NCBI GenBank assembly: GCA_951406725.2
Contig: OX597837.1
Location: 13,268,001 to 13,332,000 of the forward strand
DNA: 64,000 nt
DNA from: Octopus vulgaris
Taxonomy: Eukaryota
Direction of reading: 5' to 3'
Shown here: in pieces, positions 12,937 to 27,000 of the stretch
Layout: every line of letters begins with the position of its first letter
Position numbering within the stretch: position 1 is the stretch's first letter
Program-made: the position numbers and the translations under genes
Notes under the pieces: model-generated
The model's input: the letters and a program-made list of their open reading frames with translations, nothing else
Told to the model about the DNA's origin: nothing
The model's database searches: none

Positions 12937-14965
12937 GTATGTGTGTGTATGTTTGTGTGTCTGTGTTTGTTCCCCCCAACATCGCTTGACAACCGATGCT
13001 GGTGTGTTTATGTCCCCGTAACTTAGCGGTTCGGCAAAAGGCTCCGATAGAATAAGTACTAGGCTTACAAAGAATAAGTCCCGGGGTCGAATTGCTCGAC
13101 TAAAGGCGGTGCTCCAGCATGGCCACAGTCAAATGACTGAAACAAGTAAAAAAGAGAGTAAGAGGTGAGATGAAATAGACAAGAAAACAGAGAGAAGGTT
13201 TAGGTCAGTGGCAGTTGATGGCCAGAAGGGAAGTGAAACTGGCAAAGAGAAAGCCAGAGACATTATGCTCATCTATGAAAGGGATGAGGACCATCAAGTC
13301 ATCCTTGGATGACTAATAACTTGTGTGGTGACTTGACTTTGTTTAACCCATTAGCATTCAGGTCGTTCTGTGAGACATAATGCTTATTTATTGATATTGT
13401 TTGGCAGCAAGCTGGCAGAACCGTTAGCACACCGGGCGAAATGCATAGCCGTATTTCGTCTGCCGTTACGTTCTGAGTTCAAATTCCGCCGAGGTCGACT
13501 TTGCCTTTCATCCTTTCGGGGGTCGATAAATTAAGTACCAGTTACGCACTGTGGTCAATGTAATCGACTTAATCCATTTGCCTGTCCTTGTTTGTCCCCT
13601 CTATGTTTAGCCCCTTGTGGGTAATAAAGAAATAGGTATTTAGTCTACCGTTACGTTCTGAGTTCAAATTCCGCCGAGTTCGACTTTGCCTTTCATCCTT
13701 TCGGGGGTCGATAAATTAAGTACCAGTTACGCACTGGGGTCAATGTAATTGACTTAATTCATTTGTCTGTCCTTGTTTGTCCCCTCTGTGTTTAGACCCT
13801 TGTGGGTAATAAAGAAACAGATATTGTTTTGCATTAATCATGCATCATGTCATAGCTTTAGATTTCAATGATGTGATTGTGTATTTTTAGAATGACATTG
13901 TAGGGTAGGTGTGAAAGGTTGAGCCTGGCCTGTTTGAACATAAAGCATGTAGAATATTTTGGCCTGATATGGCCTGTTTAAATGATAAAGGGTTAAAGTA
14001 AGTCTCTGAGTTGTGCACCATCAGCTTCACTTTCTCATTTGTGACCCTCTTCCATCGAGGGCCAAAACCAGGTCAAGACAAATGGGAATGAAAGCAGGTG
14101 CAGTGGACGATCGAGATGCCTGGCTTGACTCATCTTGCTGTCTGTGCTCCACAATGTGTTGCCTCAGCCACCTTCTTGCCATTAAGCCATAACAGTTGGG
14201 AATGGAAAATAGTCGTAAATGAATGTCACTGTCACATCATCATCATCATCATCGTTTAACGTCCGCTTTCCATGCTGGCATGGGTTGGACGATTTTGACT
14301 GAGGGCTGGCGAACCAGATGGCTGCACCAGGCTCCAATCTTGATTTGGCAGAGTTTCCACAGCTGGATGCCCTTCCTAACGCCAACCACTCCGAGAGTGT
14401 AGTGGGTGCTTTTTACGTGCCACCAGTACGGAAGCATCAGGCAGTACTGGCAATGACCTCTCTCGAATCTTTTTACACATGCCACAGGCACAGGTGCCAG
14501 TAAGGTGACACTGGTAACGATCACGCTCGAATGGTGCACATAAGCGGCGTTATTCACTTCAAGTCTTTCTATGGAAAAACATGCGGCCAGAAGGGGAAAT
14601 ATTACCTTACTAGGAAACAGGTGAAGGGTGGTGACAGGAAGGCATCCAGCTGTAGAAAATCTGTCTCAACAAATTCTATCCAACCCATGCGAGTATGAAA
14701 AAGTGGACAGAAAAATGATGATGATGATTTGAAGAGTATACTTACGTTGAATACATGTAGAGACTTGAGGTATTAGGTCTCATCTGCAATGGTGAACTGT
14801 AGTATTTAGACTCTTGACAACTGAAAAACAGGAAATGCATGAAGCAAGAGGGAAACAATAAATTAGGAAAAAAATCATTAAAAAATGGTAGTATAAAAAA
14901 ATATAAAAATGATGTTTAACAAATTCCGTTAGAACATAAAGATATTATTATTGTCATTATTATTA

Positions 14966-15000
<35 letters not shown>

Positions 15001-18000
15001 ATTATTATTACTACTACTACTATTATTATTGTTAATTTATAAAGGTTGAGGTAACTCTTCATGAAGGTAAATAAACGATAATAGCACCAATTTATAATAG
15101 AACATTTATTTAACAGTTTGAACAATGCTTCAATAGACCGTCTGTCTTCTTCAGGTTCAAAATGGGAAAAAAACAGAGAAACACAGAAATTCAAAATATA
15201 AATGAGGAAATCTTGCGTTCCGATTTAGACAAAATGACATCATCAGATTCTACTTTCATAACTGGTATCAGGATAAAGTGGAAACTGATAATGTAATTTT
15301 GTCTAAATCGGAACACAGGATTGCCTCATTTATATTTTGAATTTCTGTGTTTCTGCAGTTTTTTTTCATTTTACATTTTGAACCTGAAGATGACAGACAA
15401 TCTGTTGAAATATTGCTTAATCCCTTAAATAAACAATTTCTATTACAAATCGCATTATGCTCTTCTTAATGTCTATCATCATTATTATTATTATTATTAT
15501 TATTATTGAGTGAAAGAGCACAAACATGCCATCAAAGTGACACAAGGGCTCAAATATACAAAGCCCAATATACCCATCGTGACTACCCCTCTAATAGGGT
15601 ACACCAAGCACATGCATCACAACCACACGTGCGTGACATGGTGATTTCATATCAAGATAAACAGTGCGTGAACTTGCGGGTGGGGGCCAGTTAGAATCTT
15701 CTTCAGGCTGTGTGGCTCATCCCACTAAAATGCTCCCTGAATAAGGGCTGTTTGAGAATGATGATTGAAATACCCATGTTTCCAAAGGTGAATTATTCAA
15801 ACACCAAAGAATTCTTGTCAGCACATGGCTATGATGCTCCCCAACTACTTCTGCTCGTGATCAGAGATGCACATATCGTCAGCCATTAAGGGACATGCTC
15901 AACTGGCAGCATCGGTGATGGTGGTGGTGGTGGTGGTGAAGATGATGATGATGGTGATGATGGTTGTGGCAGTGGTGGTGGTTGGTGAAAACAACAGCAG
16001 TGTAGGGGTGTGACAATGATGATGATGATGATGAAAAAGAGCAAAAGACAGCATCATAGGGGAGTGGTAGTAATGGTGGTGGTGGTGGTGGTAGTGATAG
16101 TGACGATGGTGGTGGGGGAGAGGTGGCAGTGATAGTGGTGATGATAGTGATGATGATGGTGGCAGTGGTGGTGGTGATGATGATGATGATGGCAGTGATG
16201 GTAGTGATGATGGTGACAATGACCATGCTGATGACGGTAAACCTACAGAAAACAACCAATGACGCACAGACACAGAAAAACAGGAGAAAGTGATTCTACT
16301 CACATGGTTCGACAAATGTCAAGAATCAGACAACACAAGGATGGATTCCTCTCCAACATCAACTGGTGGATTTTCTGTGCAGACAGACAGACGGTTATGT
16401 CTGCACCCGTGGGTGCGTCAACAGGTAACAGATACGAGTAAGGGTCGCCACTTACTTCGAAACCATGTCCTGCATAGTAGAACACACCGTACACACCATT
16501 ATTGAGAAGTTCGACAAATCGGTAAACTGCCATTTTCATTTCTGTTAGCGTCAAGTTCAAAAGGGACAAAACTTTGAAACCAAGTTTCTGGAAAATGCCC
16601 GAAAGTAGTTTCACATCCTTTGAAGTAGCTTTTAATTTCCTTTCGCTTCTGTAGTCTTCGTTACCAATTAGAAGAGCGATTTTGTCTGTGGCTGGTGAGG
16701 AGAAAAATAAAAGAACAAAAACATAGAAAAAGCTTCTTAACCCTTTAGCATTGAAACTGGTTCCATCCAGCCAAAATATTCTACCTGTTTTATGGTGAAG
16801 CTAACCAAATTCAGCCTTTTACACCTACCTTACAATATTAATCTAAAAATAAGCAATCATATCCTCAAAGTTTTGAAGTTACGACGTCATCATCATCATC
16901 ATCATCATTGTTTAACGTCCACTTTCCATGCTGGCATGGGTTGGACGGTTTGACTGAGGGCTGGTGAGCCAGAAGGCTGCACCAGACTCCAATCTGATAT
17001 GATTAAATTTTTTAAATGTGAATAACTTTACAGTGGATAAATTTACATGATTAATAAATATGATTAAATAATGAATATGAATCAATTTACATGATGATCA
17101 GTAGCCGAGACCTTTGGTGTGCTTGAGAAAACCCAGCAAGCCATGTGAGACCGTAACCGTGGCCTATACCAGTGCAGCGTAACCAGCCCATTTAAAAGTA
17201 TCCTTTAATCAGTGTAACCTTCATAATTTTATTGAATCAGGTGCATATTTTGCCATAAAAAGGAGATGTTACTATCGATCTATTTTATTCATGGTAGCCA
17301 CTGCATAACTTGCCTACCCAGGCAGCACATCCCTGATGTATATATATATATACATACATATATGTGCGTGTTTGTGTGTACACACAGAGGAGTTGGTGCA
17401 GAAAAGTTCCTGGCTTTAAGAACATTACGAAAGGCCTGGTTGGAGGCCCTACCTTCTGAGTTTTTTTACAAGGCCTAGAAAAACTGAAGGACCACTGTAA
17501 TAAGTGTTTGAATCTGAGAGGGGAATATGTTGAATACAATCATAATTAACTGATCCTCCTGTATTTTCTTTGCCCCAAAGCCAGGAACTTTTCAGCATCC
17601 CTTTATGAGTATATATCATCATTTTAACATCCACATTTCCACGTATGCATGGGTTAGCTGGAATTTTTTGTGGCGGATTTTCCGTGACCAGATGCTCTTC
17701 CTGTCACCAACCCTTGTCTGGTTTTCAAGAAAATTAATAACTCCGAATGGGCGTGTTTTTAAGGAAGATTGGAAATGAAGGGCTGATGGAAGCGGTGGCA
17801 ATAGTGGTGGTAACAGTTATGATGGTGGAGATGATGATGATGATGTGGTTTAAAGAAAACATCGTAAATGGCTTACCTTGGCATACCTCTCTGGAAATAT
17901 CAGGAACTGATTTTGTAATTTGCAGATAAGCAAAATCTGATGTGCGGATCGCGGCGAGACACGACACAACACAATAATACATGCCTTTAAAAGATTCTGA

Positions 18001-21000
18001 GGCCACATGGATTTTCAATTCTGCTTTGTTTTCATCTAAAAAGGAAAATGAAATTAGCATTTGTGTAAATTATATACAGCTGTTAATACATGAAGATTCA
18101 TTAATTACAACCCCTAATTACTTCAATTCCAGATTTGGATTTCACTAATTATTTTTATAATCCTGTCTCTTTCATGCTGTCCAACCACTGAAATCCGTGG
18201 GGTTTTTTTTTACTTTAAACCAGCTGGCCTAACTGCTCCACCACCACCATCACCATCCTAACGCCAACCAATCCGAGAGTGTAGTGGATGCTTTTTACAT
18301 GCCACCAGCACAGGGGCCAGAAGAGGCTGGCAATGACCACAATCGGTTAGTGCTGGCATTAGCCACGTTCGGATGGTGCTTTTTATGTGCCATGGGGATC
18401 ACAACTACGATTTCCATTTCATTTTGATTTTGATGTTGATGTACTTGACTCAATAGGTCTCCTCAAGCACAGCTGGATAGCTGGATGCCCTTCCTAACGC
18501 CAACCACTCCATAGAGTGGACTGAGAGCTTTTTGTGGCACTCCCACAGGCAAAGGTCAGTTTTGGCATAGTTTTTACAGCTGGATGCCCTTCCAAATGCC
18601 AGCCACTCCATAGAGTGGACTGAGTGCTTTTTGTGGCATTCACACAGGCAAAGGTCAGTTTTGGCATAGCTTTTATAACTGGATGCCCTTCCAAATGTGA
18701 ACCACTTTACCTTCGAACGTTGGGCCTCATGGAGGCAATGACAATAGACCGATACCTCTGGAGATATGCCGTAACTGAGAAGACCCAGCAAATAAAGTGA
18801 GTTCATGGCTGTAACCTACACCAGTGTCACATAACCAGCCCACTCAAACTTCTTTTTCTAAATATGGAGCCACATCTAGAATTTGGAAATATTTGAATAA
18901 TTGAAATGCAAGCAAAAAAAAAAATAACTGTTTAAAAGAAAATAATCTTAAAGATATCTTACTTGGGAGTATAATGTCATCTTTATACCATTGATAATGG
19001 ATTTCTGCTGGACCTTTCGCTTCACACAAGAATAAAGCAACACCATTCAAGAGTACCATTGTGAACTTGGGTTGTATTACAATCTCCAATGTATCTGACA
19101 CAAGAATAGAGTTTGAAAAATTTTATGAATTTAAATTTAAAATCTTGCTCATAGTAAAACAAGAAAATTGTAGCAAAGCTGTATGATCGTGAAGTCAAAT
19201 ATAGCATATAACTTGTTTTATTTTGGCACAAGGCCAGCAATTTTGGGGGGAGGGGATAAGTCGATTACATCGACCCCCAATACTCATCTGGTACTTACTT
19301 TATCGTCCCTGAAAGGATGACAGACAAAGTCGACCACAGCAGAATTTGAACATAGAATGTAAAGATGGGTGAAATGCCACAAAGTGTTTTGCCTGGCATG
19401 CTAAGTGTTCAGCCAGTTTGCCATCTTACTTGTAACAGAGATATTAATAAAAACCCAAGTTTTTAAAGGAACATGCCGAAAGAAAGGGTTTCATTGAATC
19501 GGGGGAAAAAACATACATTTAAAAAAAGGCTTTTACACAAAAAACAACCAAATGTTAAAAAAACATTTAATTACACCGGGTTCATATTCTCTCAAAATAA
19601 TATTTTTTAAAAATTGCAATATACAATTTTTATATACATTATGCAATGAATTTATAGACCAAAAATACAAAAGATAGATTCTAGACTTCTGGTGAAATAT
19701 ATATATATGCCAATGCAGAATTTGAACTCGGAGGTAAAGTCTACCACAACAGAATTTGAACTCAGAAGTTATTAAATAACAAGAAATATAATTTAATGAA
19801 GGTGGCAAGCTGGCAGAGTCGTTAGCACGCCGGGTGAAATGCTTTGCGGTATTTCATCCGTCTTTATGTTCTGAGTTCAAATTCCACTGAGGTCGACTTT
19901 GCCTTTCATCCTTTCGGGGTCAGTAAATTAAATACTAGTTACACACTGGGGTTGACGTAATCAACTTAGTTCGTTTGTCTGTCCTTTGATTGTCCCCTCT
20001 ATGTTTAGCCCCTTGTGGGCAATAAAGAAATAAGAAATATAATTTAATAAAAACAAAGAAAAGAGAATACTGCATGTTAAAATTCTCACCTGCTGAAACA
20101 TTTATGGTTATTTTCTCACTTGAGATTGAACCTTGGTTGCTAATAACTTCACACCAATATATGCCGCTGTCATGAATGGAAGTTTTCTTTTTCTATACAA
20201 AACAAAAAGATCATATATTAATTAATTAATTAGTACACGATAGCATGAGCACTAAGAGGCCCCCTAAAAAATATTGCTGTACCACCCAAATGTTAGATTG
20301 GACATTCTTTGCTATCTTCTCCACTACACCATTGCCCTACAATATTGTTTTAAAAATTAACAGCTACCCCATCGAAATCTCATAGCTACAAGATTAATGC
20401 ATGATTAGTTCAAAACAATTTGGATGAAAAAGCATTAATTTTGGCAGAATAATGTGAACACTAAAGGGTTAATGAAATTTTATTTTTCAATAAGGAAATT
20501 CTAATATCACAACAAATTATCTCATAACTTAAAAACATGTAAATAATTTATATTATTAAATGTGTGTGTGTGTGTGTGGGGGGGTATATTGGGTTGAGTC
20601 TTAAATAATTCCCGTTTTTTGGAAGCCATGTAAAAGTGCCTGTGCAGCACCACGTAAAAACACCCACACAGCACCATGTAAAAGCACCTGTGCTGTGTCA
20701 AATAAAAGCACCCAGCACATTCTGTGAAGTGGCTGGTGTTAGGAAGGGCATCCAGCTGTAGAAACCATACCATAGCAGACTGGTGTCTCGTGCAGCCTCC
20801 CCAGTCTGCCAGCTCTATTCACACTGTCCAACCCATGCCAGTATGGGTTGGACGGTGTGAACACTAACCACTCTAAGTACTTTTTATGTGTCACCAGTGT
20901 GGGTGCCTATTATGTGCCACCAGCACTGGCCATGACTATGATTTCACTTGGCTTGACGACTTTTGTCAAGGACAGCAAATCACCAAAGAGAGAGAGAGAG

Positions 21001-24000
21001 AAGGGAAACAGAAGATGATGAAGATGTGAAAGCAAATACGCTCAAATTACAGGAAGGTGCAATATAAGTGGGACCAAAGATTAAACAGTGAGTGGGTGGG
21101 AAATTATGCAAGACTGCGAAAGGAGAATGGCAGGTGGAGGGAAAGGGGTTGTTAGGCAGACGTGCTGTGGGGAAGAGATTCAACAGAGGAGAGTATCTAC
21201 ATATATATTCAAAAACAGGTATAACTTCCAGTAACATTCATTTATACTTACTCTGTAATCCTGTGTGGTAGCAATCAATTGACCATCCTTAAACCAGTTA
21301 TAAATCAACTGTGAACAAGTATTTGTGGCATTGCACCATAAATTTAGCACATCTCCTTCTTGTAGCAGTTGAGAAGGAGAAAACTGGGTGATTTTGAAAG
21401 CTGAAACATTAAAAATAGTTATAATAAGGCTGTTATAACTAGCAACCAACAAGTAACCTTCAAAGCCATTGTAACTAGTAACCAACAAGGCCATAGACAC
21501 AGTATGAAATAAAGAAGCAAATATAACCAAATTAGGTAATTTATACTTACCAAAGACTGAAATTGGTATCAAAGTGGACAATAGCACATTTCTTCGACTA
21601 TTGTGTACTCTACATGAATAATTCCCTTCTTGTTCGGTACTATATCAACAACAATAAAAAAAAACCCACTTAAAACAAGAAAGAATGAGTATGTAGTAAC
21701 AAGTGGGGATGGGGAACTAAAAAGTTCCTGGCTTTAAGGGTATCATGAAAGGCCTGGTTGGAGTCCCAACCTTCTGAGTTCTTTTACAGGGCTTAGAAAA
21801 ACTGAAGGACCGCTGCAATAAGTGTGTGAGAGGGGAATATATTGAATAAAATCATAATTAAGTGATCCTCCCGTATTTTCTTTTGCCCAAAACCAGGAAC
21901 TTTTCAGCAACCCCTCGTACAGCATTATTAGGTAGTTTAACACTGTTGTGCCAAAATTTGGAACCATAGTACCAGTGCTGGTGGCATGTAAGAGAACCAT
22001 CCGAACGTGACCGTTGCCAGCGCCACCCCGACTGGCCTCATGTTGGTGGCACATAAAAAACACCATCCGTTCGTGGCCGTTCCCAGCCTTGCCTGGCCCC
22101 CGTGCCGGTGGCACGTAAAAAGCACCATCCGATCGTGGCCGTTTGCCAGCCTCGTCTGGCACGTAAAAAGCACCCACTACACTCACGGAGTGGTTGGCAT
22201 TAGGAAGGGCATCCAGCCATAGAAACATTGCCAGATCAGACTGGGCCTGGTGCAGCCTTCTGGCTTCCCAGACCCCAGTTGAACCGTTCAACCCATGCTA
22301 GCATGGAAAGCGGACATTAAACAATGATGATGATGATGATGATGATGATTATTAATAATAATAATAATAATCCTTTCTACTATAAGCACAAGGCCTGAAA
22401 TTTTGAGGGAAGGGGGCCAGTCGATAAGATTGAACTCAGTATGCAACTGGTACTTGATTTATCAACCCCGAAAGGGTGAAAGGCAAAGTCGACCTCAGTG
22501 GAATTTGAACTCAGAATGTAAAAACAGATGAAATACTGCTAAGCATTTCTTCTGGTTTTTTTGTTTTGAGTTCAAATGACACTGAGGTCAATTTTGCCCT
22601 TCATCATCAGAGGGTTGATAAAATAAGTACCAGTCATGTACTGGGATCGATCTAATTGCCCACCCACTTCCTCAAAATTTCAGACCTTATTAGACATGTT
22701 TCTAATTTTAACCATGATTTTTATGAGAAAAATTGCATAATATTCATTTCACAATATTCTTTTATAGAATTCACTTAATTGTTATAAAACACAACAAAAA
22801 AAAACGCAACAAAACAATAAAGTTACCTTATGTTTGGTATAATTAGTTCTGCTTGATTAGCACCTTCAATAGCATCATCATTTCTGAACCACTGATAACG
22901 AGGATAGGGGAAACCTCTTGCTTTGATGCTTAGTTGAAGCGTGTCGCCTTCTTTTAACTGTCCAGGGTCCTTTGGCTGGTCGATAATTCTGACAGGTTCA
23001 GGGGGAATATTAGCTGTCATGGAGACAAGAAAGAAAAAGATGAGAAGCAAAAACCATTTTGAGTAGAGTCTGATACTCTCTCTTTTACATGTTTCAGTCA
23101 TTTGACTGCGGCCATGCTGGAGCACCACCTTTAGTCGAGCAAATCGACCCCAGGACTTATTCTTTGTAAGCCCAGTACTTATTCTATCGGTCTCTTTTTG
23201 CCGAACCGCTAAGTGACGCGGACGTAAACACACCAGCATTGGTTGTCAAGCAATGCTAGGGGGACAAACACAGACACACAAACATATACACACACTTATA
23301 TATACATATATACAACGGGCTTCTTTCAATTTCCGTCTACCAAATCCACTCACAAGGCATTGGTTGGCCCGGGGCTATAGCAGAAGACACTTGCCCAAGG
23401 TGCCACGCAGTGGGACTGAACCATCAGTGGGACTGTAATGCTGCACTTGCCTGACACTCTGATCTTAGATCACGTGTGAAAACCGAAATGATCTCAGTAT
23501 GGAAGAGTTATGACAAACCATTAAAAATCCATGTGACAACCAGTTGATCTAGCAAGCAGGGTCTCATATCAGTGAGGCGGGGGCCAGTGCACATTGATGC
23601 TGTCGAGAGGTAGGCCTCCAAACAGCACACATTCTTTCCTGATGACCCCATACACTTGCTGGCTTCCGGAATGCGGAGCTTTTGACTGGAAGCAATTGTA
23701 TGTGCAAAACACGTAGATGTGTGATTACGGAGCTTGCTTTCCAACCATGTGGTCTTGGGTTCAGTCCCACAGCACAGCACCTTGGGCAAGTGTCTTCAAT
23801 TATAGCTCCAGGCCAATAAAAGCCTCCATCATCATCATCATCATCATTGTTTAACGTCCATTTAACATACTGGCATGGGTTGGACGGTTTGACTGAGGTC
23901 TGGAGAGCCAGTGGCTGCACCAGGCTCCAATCTGATCTGGTAATGTTTCTACAGTTGGATGCCCTTTCTAATGCCAGTCACTCTGAGAGTGTAGTAGGTG

Positions 24001-27000
24001 CCTTTTACGTGCCACTGGCACAGGAGCCACTCAGGTGGGCCTGACATCGATCACGTTTAGATAGTGCTTTTTACGTGCCGCCAGTGAGTGGAAACTGAAA
24101 GAAGCCCATCATATAGATATATGTGTATGCCTTGTCTAGACATCAAGTGATGGTTATAATTAAGCATCATCTTCATACAAGCAAAGTCGTTTTCCAGTCT
24201 TCGGTGTAAAACATGTCCAGCCATGAAGAAATATCACCATACTTAAAAACGAGTAATAGTTAGGGTTTTGGACTCCTGGTCCTAAGATTATGGTTTCAAT
24301 CTCTGGACTGGGCAACGTGTTGTGTTCCTGAGCAAAGCACCTCCTTTCACATTACTCCAGTCCACTCAGCTGACAAATGAGTCAACCTCCAATGGACTGG
24401 CATCAGCTCCAGGGAGAAATATATACACCACAGAATCTGGGAAACTGGCCCTTTGAGCCGATGGCTTGGGAAGAACCCCTGACCCCCACCTTTTTTTTTT
24501 TTGCTTTAATATCTGCCAATTTACTTCCTTGTATATCATAAAATAACAAAAAGGAGACAATAAAATCACAAGCTTCCATTGCTATTGAGTGGTTTCAGGT
24601 TCAATCCCACAGGATGGCTCCTTAGGCAAGTGTCTTTTACTATAGCCTTGAGCCAACCAAAGCCTTCTGAATGAATTTGATAAACAGCAGCTGTGTAGAA
24701 TACTATTGTGTGTGTGTGTGTTTCTGTTTGCGCTTGTTCTTCACCACCATTTGACAACCGTGTTGGTGTGTTTACATTCTAAAGACTTAGCGGCTCAGCA
24801 AAAGAGATCACTAGAAAAAGTACCAGACTTTAAAAAAAAAAAAAAAATTTTTTTAAAAAGCACTAGAGTTGATTGATTTGAGTATATTCTTCAAGGCAGT
24901 GCTCCAGCATGACCACAGTGCAATGACCGAAATACACAAAAGATATAGCAGAGACTTACCAAAATCTCTGATTGCTTTAACATGTGGCTCCAGTCTGAGT
25001 TCATTTAAAACAAATAAAAGATCACGAATGGTAAATCCCTTTGGAACCAAATAGGCCAGCATCTCTCGAACGATGGTGTTTCCTTGTCTGTTGCCTTTAT
25101 GGATGATTTCCCGATATGTTCCTTGGCTGAAACAAAAAAACAAACAGAACGTTGTTAAACCCTCCAGCATTCAAATTACTCGGTCAGACGTACTCTCTTT
25201 ACTCTTTTACTTGTTTCAGTCATTTGACTGCGGCCATGCTGGAGCACCGCCTTTAGTCAAGCAAATCGACCCCAGGACTTATTCTTTGTAAGCCCAGTAC
25301 TTATTCTATCGGCTCTCTTTTTGCCGAACCGCTAAGTGACGGGGACGTAAACACACCAGCATCGGTTGTCAAGCAATGCTAGGGGGACAAACACAGACAC
25401 ACAAACACACACACATATATATATATATTCATATATACGACAGGCTTCTTTCAGTTTCCGTCTACCAAATCCACTCACAAGGCATTGGTCGGCCCGGGGC
25501 TATAGCAGAAGACACTTGCCCAAGATGCCACGCAGTGGGACTGAACCCAGAACCATGTGGTTGGTTAGCAAGTGACTTACCACACAGCCACTCCTGCGCC
25601 TATAACGATGAAAGGGCTCGTCCGTGATGCTTATTTATTAACATTTTTGGGGATTAATCGTGCATTGTCTTGTAGCTTTGTGATTTCTATGATGGGATTG
25701 TTTATTTTTAGAATGACATTGGCAAGGGCGAATGGAATGAGGTGGTATGGGCATGTGTTGAGGAGGGATGAAGAGCAAGTTCTGAGGAGGGTGATTCGAC
25801 ATTATTATTTCGATATTCTTATTATTATATAATGACCCTCCTAAGACAACATAATTTATTTCAACACAAAAATTCACATCCAGAATCTTGGAAACTAAAT
25901 ACAAAAACGATGCAAAATAATTAAATATATCTACAATTGAATTGACCCAAAGATCAACTAGTTCATAGCCAAATACCATTTTCTCTAAAATTCAATTCAG
26001 TGATTCTCAAATCTATTTTGCTATAGAACCTACCGTATGATTTTCCAAAAGTTGTGGAATTCATACTTATATATTATGGATAATTCCCACCAATTTAATT
26101 CTAATGAGACATTACATTAAATAATAGAAATATTAAAATTACTAAGTCTCTATAAAAGAGATTACGACAGCGTTTACTGGAAATTAATTGTTATCGCCAT
26201 ATTAATATGGCATTCTTATAGATATAAGAATAATCGCTGCCGCTGGTCAGCTCCATGAGGCCACCGCCATCAAGATAGCTATTGATACACGATCTGTATC
26301 CATTATAACCTTCGAACAAGGGAGGTCAGCCGCTTCACACTGCCAGTCCAACAGCTACAGACGCGTTTCGGGGTATTGCCCCTTGTCAATGTAGCGCAGT
26401 CAGACCCGCAGGTGTCGCCACTGACGTCTCTGTTCGAAGGCTTCTATTTACCTAGTTTCAGTGGAATATATCCACTTGTTTTCAATAATAGAAATATTAA
26501 AATTACTAAGTCTCTATAAAAGAGATTACGACAGCGTTTACTGGAAATTAATTGTTATCGCCATATTAATACGGCATTCTTATAGATATAAGAATAATCG
26601 CTGCCATGGTCAGCTCCATGAAAACAAGTGGATGTATTCCACCAAAACTAGGTAAATAGAAGCCTTCGAACAGAGACGTCAGTGGCGACACCTGCGGGTC
26701 TGACTGCGCTACATTGACAATTGACCCAAAGATCAACTAGTTCATAGCCAAATACCATTTTCTCTAAGTCAGTGATTCTCAAATCTATTTTGCTATAGAA
26801 CCTACTGTATGATTTTCCAAAAGTTGTGGAATTCATACTTATATATTATGGACAATTCCCACCAATTTAATTCTAATGAGGCATTACATTAAGTATTTTA
26901 GAGAAAGAATTTAATCACTATAGAAAATATCTAATATCTGTTTTGCTTTTGCATGAGGGTCACCTGTGCCAATAATAAATATATGAACTGGTTCAACTTC

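Noticed and set aside
15879-16315. His/Pro/Thr-rich ORFs as an extension of the caspase exon
   Set aside because: They lie past the GTGAGT donor at 16303 and consist of (GGT/GAT)n repeats.
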